Positions 1 through 6,948 of a DNA stretch of 64,000 nt are shown here, piece after piece. Made by a program: the position numbers and the translations under genes. The notes beneath the pieces were generated by a model. It was not told the origin of the DNA. It made no database searches and saw nothing but the letters and a program-made list of their open reading frames with translations. The stretch comes from Bacteroidales bacterium (lineage in GTDB: Bacteria; Bacteroidota; Bacteroidia; Bacteroidales; UBA932). Each line of letters begins with the position of its first letter. The first letter of the stretch is position 1. Where the stretch lies: the NCBI GenBank assembly GCA_029098505.1, contig JAQXOE010000006.1, positions 13,979 to 77,978 of the forward strand, in the 5' to 3' direction.

Positions 1-45
1 CTTGCCAAGAATATCCACGACTATGCGGATGAATTCCCGAAAGGG

Positions 46-1290
46 GTGAATTTCGTCAATCTGCCCTGGAATCACAGGTCCAGAGCATTGATGCATACGG
101 TCTATACATTGGCCGGCCTGCTTGTGCTTTTCATCATCATCTATGTGGTCATCATTCCTGCAGTTTTGTTCAGGAAGAGCAAGAAACAGCTGGGAAGGCT
201 GGTGAACGAGGCCAGGATGGCGGATGAATCCAACACCAGGGTGAACAAGATTTTGACTCAATTGAATTCATATATCTGGTATATGAATTCTGACTTCAAT
301 TTCGAGTTCTCGAAGTCCTTCTACTGGGATTTCAACATCCCTATGGACAAGGCCATACCTTTCGAAAATCTCAAAAAAAGGATACATGAGCCCGGACGTG
401 GCAAACTCCACGAGCTTCTCTTCAACGAAGGCAACAAAGAGGAAGAAGAGTTGGAAATCCTTGTTGACATTCCGGGAAGTGAGCAACCGAGGGTAGTACG
501 GCTACACGCCATCAACCTTTCAGACAATGTCGAAGACAAAGGTAGCTCCAGACTCCTGAAGGCGGGATTCTTCTACTTCAATGACGAGTTCTACAGATTG
601 AACAATGAGCTCAACCAGGCTTACCGCCGCAGCGAGGAGCTTAAAGAGAAGGAAAGTTTCCTCACCACAATGAATGATGAGTTCCGCAAGCCTGTGGATA
701 TCATCAGTTTCTACTCGCATCTCCTTGCAGAGCAGTACAATACTCTGAATGAAGAACAGAAGGATGACTATCTGACCAAGGTTCTAGATGCCAACACCCA
801 AATCATCGACCTCCTGAATGAGACTATGAGCGGCGTGGCACATAGCAATGATTCAAGCGAAATCAGACTGAGCAAACTGAAGGTGGCATCTCTCATAGAG
901 GAGGTATTTGCACGGTTCACCGCGATTGAGAACCGCAACTACAGAATCGATCTCTATCCGGGACCTTCAGACAGTACCATCGAATCTTTCCGTCCAGAAC
1001 TGCTTCTGGTCATCAACACCCTGATCAGCAACACGGTTAATCAGGACATCACTTCAAAGAATACGGCCAAAAGAATCATAGAAATCGGCTGGACTGAGAG
1101 TTCTGACGAAGAAGTTATTATCTTTGTAGGAAATGTCGTCAACGACATCCATCATTTCAATGAAATAATCGGCAAGATAGGCGGTCGCATCGAAGTGATG
1201 GAATTCCCTGGAGAGCCTGTGCGTATTGAATTGTCATTCAGGAGTTTACGCTCAATAGGGGGGGGGGCGAAAAAAAGAATTAGAAGATAA
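46..1290 (+). CDS. membrane-anchored histidine-kinase-like protein with degenerate H-box and ATP-binding boxes (possible pseudokinase)
   Basis: There is an N-terminal TM helix (LAGLLVLFIIIYVVIIPAVLF) followed by a PAS-like region. The DHp-like segment FLTTMNDEFRKPVDIISFYSHLL has NDE where canonical kinases have SHE. The C-terminal HATPase-like region has an N-box-like LISNTVN but no clear DxGxG or GxGxG boxes. The frame is open back to base 1, so the true 5' end may lie upstream; the listed start is GTG. Confidence 0.5.
   Translation: MNFVNLPWNHRSRALMHTVYTLAGLLVLFIIIYVVIIPAVLFRKSKKQLGRLVNEARMADESNTRVNKILTQLNSYIWYMNSDFNFEFSKSFYWDFNIPMDKAIPFENLKKRIHEPGRGKLHELLFNEGNKEEEELEILVDIPGSEQPRVVRLHAINLSDNVEDKGSSRLLKAGFFYFNDEFYRLNNELNQAYRRSEELKEKESFLTTMNDEFRKPVDIISFYSHLLAEQYNTLNEEQKDDYLTKVLDANTQIIDLLNETMSGVAHSNDSSEIRLSKLKVASLIEEVFARFTAIENRNYRIDLYPGPSDSTIESFRPELLLVINTLISNTVNQDITSKNTAKRIIEIGWTESSDEEVIIFVGNVVNDIHHFNEIIGKIGGRIEVMEFPGEPVRIELSFRSLRSIGGGAKKRIRR
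1258..1267. repeat. G10 homopolymer tract, followed by A7 at 1270-1276
   Basis: This is a direct read of ataGGGGGGGGGGcgAAAAAAAg. It is the longest homopolymer I noticed in the window. It lies in the last 11 codons of the kinase-like ORF, 30 nt upstream of the GT4 start codon. Confidence 0.9.
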
Positions 1291-1296
1291 TAGGAG

Positions 1297-2421
1297 ATGA
1301 GGATAATGTACTGCATAAGATCCCTCCATCATTCCGGAGGTATGGAGAGGGTGCTGAGCATCAAGGCAAACTGGCTGGCAGACCATTCTTATGAAGTATA
1401 TATTGTCACGGAAAGGCAGAAAGGCAGAAAACCTTTTTTCAGCCTTGATGAAAGGGTGAAACTGGTGGATCTCAGCGACAGCAGTTTCAGCGGCTCTTTT
1501 GCAGGCAGGCTGGCAGCCGCGGTGGAAAGGATTGCCCCGGATATCTGCATCTCGCTCTGTTCCAATGAAGTGTACTGTCTCCCCGCAGTCAGCGGAGGAA
1601 GACCTTGCATAGCGGAATTTCATTTCTGCCACGACAAGTTCTACAGGAAATATTCAGGACTCCTGCTCCGCCCATACGCCCGTTTCAGGACAAAAAGGCT
1701 GGAGAACGCCCTAAAAAGCTTCGACTGTCTTGTCACTCTCACCAAGGCAGATATGCCGCAATGGTCTGACATTGCCCGGCAGCTTCGCCAAATCTACAAT
1801 CCCGTCACTCTCGCTGATAAAGACGAAAGCATTGACAATCAGGGCAATACCCATAGCCAGAAGAGGATGGTGGCAGTCGGGAGGCTCGAGGACCAGAAGA
1901 ATTTCAAGGACCTGATTGAGGCTTGGGCAATGGTCAGGCGCAAGCATCCCGATTGGGGCCTGAGCATCTTCGGAGAGGGCAAGCTGAGGGAGAAACTGAG
2001 CGCACAGATTGCTTCACTCGGACTCGCGGATACGGTGAGACTGGAGGGGACAGTCAAGAATCTGGCTCCGGAATACAGGAAAGCGGCAGCGCTGGTGATG
2101 AGCTCGAAGCACGAAGGTTTTCCCCTTGTGCTCGTGGAAGCCTGCTCCTTCGGCCTTCCTATGATTGCATATGATTGTCCTACAGGACCTTCCGAGATAA
2201 TTGCCGATGCGTCCACAGATGCTGCGAACGGCAATGGCTATCTCGTTGAGTATGGGAATGTCCAGCAGCTCGCAGAGCGGATTTGCGAGACCATCGAGGA
2301 TGCAGATGCGCGCGAGCGTATGGGAAGGAACGCCAAGAAAACAGCCGAACGCTTCACTCCGTCTGCGATAATGGCTCAATGGGAGCAGCTCTTCTCCGAT
2401 TTCGCAGGAAAGACTATTTGA
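1297..2421 (+). CDS. glycosyltransferase family 4 (GT-B fold, group 1)
   Basis: The N-terminus MYCIRSLHHSGGMERV and the C-terminal SSKHEGFPLVLVEACSFGLPMIAYDCPTGPSEII (E-x7-E region) are typical of GT4 enzymes. Confidence 0.85.
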   Translation: MRIMYCIRSLHHSGGMERVLSIKANWLADHSYEVYIVTERQKGRKPFFSLDERVKLVDLSDSSFSGSFAGRLAAAVERIAPDICISLCSNEVYCLPAVSGGRPCIAEFHFCHDKFYRKYSGLLLRPYARFRTKRLENALKSFDCLVTLTKADMPQWSDIARQLRQIYNPVTLADKDESIDNQGNTHSQKRMVAVGRLEDQKNFKDLIEAWAMVRRKHPDWGLSIFGEGKLREKLSAQIASLGLADTVRLEGTVKNLAPEYRKAAALVMSSKHEGFPLVLVEACSFGLPMIAYDCPTGPSEIIADASTDAANGNGYLVEYGNVQQLAERICETIEDADARERMGRNAKKTAERFTPSAIMAQWEQLFSDFAGKTI

Positions 2422-3205
2422 TGCGGTAAGCGCTTATTCCGTGGCTGCGCCTGTCCTTCTCGGGTGGCAATTGCATATAATCACCGTACTGCTGGACGAG
2501 GAAGCATTGCCAATCCTCAAAAGCCTGGAAGCGGCAGCCCTCGAACTCGAGGGTCGTGTAGTGCTCGAAAAGCTCGCGGTCAAAGACCTCCCTGGTGCCG
2601 TTTCTGGTCATTGAAACCGCTCCGGCCTTCTTGCAGCTTCCATAAGGATACTTGAACATCAGCTCTTGGGCGGCTTTGATGAAATGCTTCGGACCCTTGA
2701 GATGGGCTTCGATACTGGCGAAAAGTGGCTGGTGGAAATTGAAGGGATTGAAACGGCTCCCGCAAAGGGTCAGTCTGTGCGCATAATGGGAGAGCCTGCG
2801 CTCCATCCACATTTGGGTTTCGGTATCGTCGGGCTTGCCGTCAACGGGGAAGATGTCCACGAAAAGGCCGTAGCGGCAGTTCTTCTGGCCCTCTATGACT
2901 GTCCAGCTGTCGTGAACCTTGGCGAAAATGTGCTGGAAAGTCCCCTCTTCCCCCTCAGTCTGGAAAAGACAGGCATAACGGCCTGACTCGTCTTTAAATT
3001 CTTTTGTAAAGCGCTCAAAATCAGGACGTGGCATCAAAAGGTCAATATCATCGTCCCAAGGTATGAAGCCCTTGTGACGAACGGCACCTATGAGAGTCCC
3101 GTAAGCCAGGGAATAACGAATGCCCTCAACGCGGCAGAATTCGTCAATTTCTTTTAGAATATCAAGCAAGTATTTATGAATTTCCGCGTTATTTATTTGT
3201 TCCAT
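2414..3205 (-). CDS. LicD-family phosphotransferase, copy 1 (transfers a phospho-alcohol from a CDP-alcohol donor)
   Basis: It carries the LicD signature SLAYGTLIGAVRHKGFIPWDDDIDLLMPRPDFERF, including the DxD. Its 3' end overlaps the convergent GT4 gene by 8 nt. Confidence 0.85.
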   Translation of the reverse strand: MEQINNAEIHKYLLDILKEIDEFCRVEGIRYSLAYGTLIGAVRHKGFIPWDDDIDLLMPRPDFERFTKEFKDESGRYACLFQTEGEEGTFQHIFAKVHDSWTVIEGQKNCRYGLFVDIFPVDGKPDDTETQMWMERRLSHYAHRLTLCGSRFNPFNFHQPLFASIEAHLKGPKHFIKAAQELMFKYPYGSCKKAGAVSMTRNGTREVFDRELFEHYTTLEFEGCRFQAFEDWQCFLVQQYGDYMQLPPEKDRRSHGISAYRIK

Positions 3206-3262
3206 AGCGTATCCTGAAAATAAATTGGCCTATAGCGTTGTAATTAATTGGAATATATGGAA

Positions 3263-3270
3263 CAAAGATA
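3263..3270 (-). promoter_or_regulatory. Bacteroides-type -7 box (TATCTTTG) for licD copy 1
   Basis: The plus-strand sequence caaagata is the reverse complement of TAnnTTTG. It lies 57 nt upstream of the ATG at 3205. Confidence 0.45.
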
Positions 3271-3282
3271 TAGTAATTTTTG

Positions 3283-3290
3283 TACTTTTG
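3283..3290 (+). promoter_or_regulatory. Bacteroides-type -7 box (TACTTTTG) for the aminotransferase operon
   Basis: The TAnnTTTG match lies 19 nt upstream of the ATG at 3310. This argues against the TTG start at 3280 given in the ORF track. Confidence 0.5.
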
Positions 3291-3309
3291 CAGCAATCAA
3301 CTATTGCCA

Positions 3310-4365
3310 ATGCAATCATTCGTATTCCCGGGAAACATTGATGAGAATATTTCCCGAATAGGGTCGGCCGACATACCCTATATGCGCACAGACGAATTTT
3401 CTGCGATCAATCTTGAATCGGAGAGGATGCTGCTTGAGCTGATGCATTGCCGTAATGGCAAAACCATTATTTACACAGGCTCGGGCACGGGTGCGATGTC
3501 AGCGGTTGTTGAGAATTATGTTTCGACCAAAAAGAAAGCCCTGGTTATTAACGGCGGCTCATTCGGAGCACGCTGGGCGGAAATCTGCAGATATTGCTCC
3601 GTACCTGTAGCGGAATTCAAGCTGGAGTTCGCGCACGCTCCCGATTATGACGAATTGGAGAGCTTTGTTGCCGCTGAAGAACCTGAGGTTCTGCTCTGCC
3701 AGCATCACGAGACTTCAAGCGGTGTACTTTACGATTTGGAGAAAATCTCTGCCATCTGCCGCAGGCACGGTGTTTCCCTGGTGGTGGACGTAATCAGTTC
3801 TTTCCTCGCAGAGGAGCTGGATATGGACAGGCTGGGCATCGACATCTGCGTCACCAGCAGCCAGAAAGGACTCAATATACCTCCGGGGCTGTCGGTAGTC
3901 GTGCTCAGCGCAGCTCTGGAAGGATATTCCTTCGCCCACACAGGCTATTACTGGGATTTCCAGACCAATCTGGACAATCTCCGCCGCGGCCAGACCCCAT
4001 TCAGCCCCGCCACCACACTCTACCTCCAGCTCAATGCGCGCCTGAAGCAACTGATGGCGGAAGGAGGAGAGATGAAGAATATCGAAAGGGTGCGCCACAA
4101 TGCCGAGGTATTCCGTGCCGAGTGCAGGAAATATTCTTGGGCAATGCCTGCAGAAAGCCCTTCATACGCTGTCACGACCGTTCAGACCTCCGATGACGGA
4201 AGCCGCAGAATCTTCCGCGGCCTCATTGAAAGATACGACAGCTTCATTATGCCTTGCGGCAAGCCTGGAATGTACAGGATTTCCCATATGGGACTGCAGA
4301 GCGAGGAAGAGCTGCGTACGCTCGCTGCCAGAATGCACGAAATAGAAACAGAAGAGCGCGTATGA
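3310..4365 (+). CDS. class V (AGXT / PhnW-like) PLP-dependent aminotransferase
   Basis: YTGSGTGAMSAVVENY and VTSSQKGLNIPPGLS (SxQK PLP-lysine motif) are typical of fold-type I class V aminotransferases. I moved the start to the first ATG downstream of the -7 box. Confidence 0.75.
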   Translation: MQSFVFPGNIDENISRIGSADIPYMRTDEFSAINLESERMLLELMHCRNGKTIIYTGSGTGAMSAVVENYVSTKKKALVINGGSFGARWAEICRYCSVPVAEFKLEFAHAPDYDELESFVAAEEPEVLLCQHHETSSGVLYDLEKISAICRRHGVSLVVDVISSFLAEELDMDRLGIDICVTSSQKGLNIPPGLSVVVLSAALEGYSFAHTGYYWDFQTNLDNLRRGQTPFSPATTLYLQLNARLKQLMAEGGEMKNIERVRHNAEVFRAECRKYSWAMPAESPSYAVTTVQTSDDGSRRIFRGLIERYDSFIMPCGKPGMYRISHMGLQSEEELRTLAARMHEIETEERV

Positions 4366-5705
4366 AGAAAGTCATAACCTACGGCACCTTTGACCTTTTC
4401 CACGAAGGACACGAGAATCTGCTGCGAAGGGCTAAGGCTCTCGGAGACTATCTCATTGTCGGAGTCACCACTGACCATTTCGATATGCTCAGGGGCAAGC
4501 TCAATACGCACGACAGCCTGATGAAGCGCATCGAGTCGGTATGGAAAAGCGGCTATGCGGACGAGGTTATCCTTGAGGAGTACAAGGGACAGAAAATCAG
4601 TGACATACTGCGCTACGGTGTTGACATTTTTGCAATAGGCTCGGACTGGGAAGGCAAGTTCGACTACCTGAAAGACTATTGTAAAGTTGTATATCTGCCT
4701 CGTACTGAGGGAGTTTCGAGCACTATGCTCAGAAGCGAGAAACTCATCAGAATGGGAATAATCGGTACAGGCAAGATGGGTGGACGCTTCTTCAGGGAAT
4801 CGAAAATCGTACAGACCATCAGCATCACCGCCGCATATGACAAGGATTACAACAAATGCCTTGACTTCTGCAACACAAGACAGATAGCCCTGGCAGCCAA
4901 AGATTTGACTGAGCTCTTTGACAATTGCGATGCCGTATATGTAGCGACTCCCCATTACTCCCACTACGAGTATGTAAAGGAGGCTCTTCTGGCCGGAAAA
5001 CACGTAATGTGCGAGACCCCGTTTGTGCTTCACAGCAATGAAGCTGAGGAACTGCTGGATCTCGCGGAAGAGAAAGGCCGTGTCCTGCTCATTGCCCATA
5101 AGACAGCATATTGCCCTGCATTCGAACAATTGATCTTCGCGGTGAGGTCCGGGGTGATAGGCAGCGTGGTGGACATAAATGCCTCTGTTACAACAATAAC
5201 TGACGAGAGTTCATCCTTGATGGATCCTTGCGAACTGGGTGGCAGTATGAACGAGAACGCCTGCTTCCCCGCCCTTCCTATTGTAAAGATTCTGGGCACT
5301 AACTTCTTGAATATCAACTTCTATTCTAAAATGAAGAAAGGAGTGGACATTTATACTAAGGCTATTTTCAGATATGCTTCGGCCACTGCTTCCTTCCAGG
5401 TGGGACTCGGTGCCAAGACCGAAGGCAGTATGATTATTTCAGGAACGAACGGATACATATACGTTCCGGCTCCTTGGTGGAAAACAGATTACTTTGAATT
5501 CCGTTTCGAAGACCAGAATCAGAACAAGAAATTCTTTATGCCTTTCGCTGGAGACGGACTGAGATATGAAATCAAGGAATTTTCAATTGCGGTCCAGTCT
5601 CCAAAGCCAATTAACAGAGTAACCTTGACACGCGAAGAGATTATTGCAATGGCAAAGATTCAGGAACTGTACCTGAACGGCGTCAACCTATTCAAGCTGG
5701 TTTAG
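4362..5705 (+). CDS. fusion protein: TagD-like glycerol-3-phosphate cytidylyltransferase (N-terminal) plus Gfo/Idh/MocA-family oxidoreductase (C-terminal)
   Basis: MKKVITYGTFDLFHEGHENLLRRAKALGDYLIVGVTTD ... GSDWEGKFDYLKDYCKVVYLPRTEGVSSTMLR closely follows the B. subtilis TagD pattern (HxGH and RTEGxSxT). Next come the MGIIGTGKMG Rossmann motif and ATPHYSHYEYVKEALLAGKHVMCETPF, which is the EKP-motif position of Gfo/Idh/MocA. The ATG overlaps the upstream stop codon (ATGA). Confidence 0.8.
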   Translation: MKKVITYGTFDLFHEGHENLLRRAKALGDYLIVGVTTDHFDMLRGKLNTHDSLMKRIESVWKSGYADEVILEEYKGQKISDILRYGVDIFAIGSDWEGKFDYLKDYCKVVYLPRTEGVSSTMLRSEKLIRMGIIGTGKMGGRFFRESKIVQTISITAAYDKDYNKCLDFCNTRQIALAAKDLTELFDNCDAVYVATPHYSHYEYVKEALLAGKHVMCETPFVLHSNEAEELLDLAEEKGRVLLIAHKTAYCPAFEQLIFAVRSGVIGSVVDINASVTTITDESSSLMDPCELGGSMNENACFPALPIVKILGTNFLNINFYSKMKKGVDIYTKAIFRYASATASFQVGLGAKTEGSMIISGTNGYIYVPAPWWKTDYFEFRFEDQNQNKKFFMPFAGDGLRYEIKEFSIAVQSPKPINRVTLTREEIIAMAKIQELYLNGVNLFKLV

Positions 5706-5707
5706 CT

Positions 5708-6538
5708 ATGAGAATTATGACTAGAGAGGAATTCAAGGCCTTCAACCTTGAAATCCTGGATGAAATAGACGACTTCTGCCGCAAGAACGGCATCAATTAC
5801 TCAATCGCATACGGCACCCTGTTGGGGGCTGTCAGGCACAAGGGCTTCATTCCGTGGGACGACGACATTGACATAATGATGCTCAGACCGGATTATGAGC
5901 GCTTCCGCCGTATGTTCAAATCGGAGAAATTCTTCTTCGTTGACTGTCAGACCATTCCGGATTGCTACATATCATTCGGAAGGGTTTGTGACAATAAGAG
6001 AACGAAAACCATTTCCTACATTCCCTGGCACGGAAACTCCTGTGAAACAGGGCTTTGGGTGGATGTATTCCCTTTAGATAAAGTGAGCGATGACAAAGAT
6101 GAGTTTTCGTCTCTTTTCTTCTCGCTTCACAGCCAGCACAAACTGGCGACAAGATGCAGGAAGATTCACGCCGAGTTCAAAGACTGCTTCACCCTGAAGA
6201 GCAAGCTGAAACTCCTGTTTGACAAGAATACCAACCCTAACATTATGAAACTGGACCCTGTGGACTTCGTTAGGAGCCGTCAGGAGATAATCAGGCTGAG
6301 TTCGCTGCAGGATACTCACAGTTATTCTCAGATTAGTTGTACTGAGTACAAAAGCCCTGAAGTCTTGGATGCCGCTGACCTTCAGTCATACAGTGAATAT
6401 GAGTTTGAAGGCCGCAAGTATATGGGCTGGACCAACTATGATCCTATACTCCGGACCATGTACGGAAACTATATGGAATTGCCTCCAAAGGAAAAGCGCA
6501 AGCCCCTCCAGAACTACATTCGCTTCTGCTGGAAATAG
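5708..6538 (+). CDS. LicD-family phosphotransferase, copy 2
   Basis: SIAYGTLLGAVRHKGFIPWDDDIDIMMLRPDYERF matches the LicD signature. The N-terminal half is very similar to copy 1, while the C-terminal half has diverged. Confidence 0.85.
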   Translation: MRIMTREEFKAFNLEILDEIDDFCRKNGINYSIAYGTLLGAVRHKGFIPWDDDIDIMMLRPDYERFRRMFKSEKFFFVDCQTIPDCYISFGRVCDNKRTKTISYIPWHGNSCETGLWVDVFPLDKVSDDKDEFSSLFFSLHSQHKLATRCRKIHAEFKDCFTLKSKLKLLFDKNTNPNIMKLDPVDFVRSRQEIIRLSSLQDTHSYSQISCTEYKSPEVLDAADLQSYSEYEFEGRKYMGWTNYDPILRTMYGNYMELPPKEKRKPLQNYIRFCWK

Positions 6539-6540
6539 TC

Positions 6541-6692
6541 TGCGGAGTCTCCTGTGGTGGGCTGTGGGGCTTTATTGCGGAGAGTCGTGGGGCTTAACCC
6601 ATTGAGTATTAACGCTTTAAGCCTTTGCCTATGGGTAAAATTTACTATAGACAAAGGCTTAATTTGCTGTGTGCCAGGCACTTATCCCCCAC
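6541..6692 (+). repeat. hairpin-forming intergenic repeat, copy 1 (106-nt core 6587-6692 preceded by degenerate GTGGGGCT-ending units)
   Basis: The core runs from GTGGGGCTTAACC to GCACTTATCCCCCAC. It has an inner stem TTAAGCCTTTG (6617-6627) / CAAAGGCTTAA (6652-6662) and an apex CTATGGGTAAAATTTACTATAG. Homologous copies lie at 11537-11642 (minus strand) and 50935-51040. Confidence 0.85.
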
Positions 6693-6885
6693 ACCTTTGC
6701 CGGCCGGAGAAACCCACGTGGAACCTTCCAAGAACTCCGCATCAAGGGCAACGACTGTGGCGAGGAGAGCCGTAAGGCGAGTTCCCCACAGTCACAGTCG
6801 TAACAGGCGAACCGCGTATTGCGGATAATGTCCCAAGTTTTGCGGAGTTCTCGTGAGTACCTGCCTCGTCTCCAAATCTGGACGA

Positions 6886-6925
6886 ACCAAAGAAGACGAC
6901 CGACAATTGCTTATCGATCGTCTTC
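6886..6925 (-). terminator. stem-loop terminator downstream of the esterase gene
   Basis: The stem is GAAGACGA (6892-6899) / TCGTCTTC (6918-6925). On the minus strand it is followed by TTTGGTT and sits 23 nt after the TAG stop. Confidence 0.5.
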
Positions 6926-6948
6926 ATATGATGTGTGCTACTTAAATG

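Noticed and set aside
2414-2421. There are convergent 3' overlaps between coding regions: GT4/licD by 8 nt, and mltG/rnz by 17 nt at 27550-27566.
   Set aside because: These are real in the sequence, but short convergent overlaps are common in compact genomes. I saw no evidence of a functional consequence or of a sequencing frameshift.
6587-6692. I considered an integron attC interpretation of the hairpin repeat (GCTTAAC / GTTAAGC resemble the inverse-core and core sites, and the element begins right after a stop codon).
   Set aside because: No integron integrase or attI site is in the window. The intervening genes are in mixed orientation and have their own promoters. The copies are conserved in sequence and exact length, whereas attC sites are conserved mainly in structure. 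I kept this only as a remote possibility.
6625-6828. Short ORFs across the repeat copies encode similar peptides: MPMGKIYYRQRLNLLCARHLSPT at 6625, MSIGKISHRQSFNLLSVRHLSPT at 50973 and MSMGNFSYRQ on the opposite strand.
   Set aside because: The similarity follows from DNA-level conservation of a palindrome, since similar peptides appear on both strands. There is no promoter or consistent stop, and copy 2 has no equivalent ORF of 60 aa or more.
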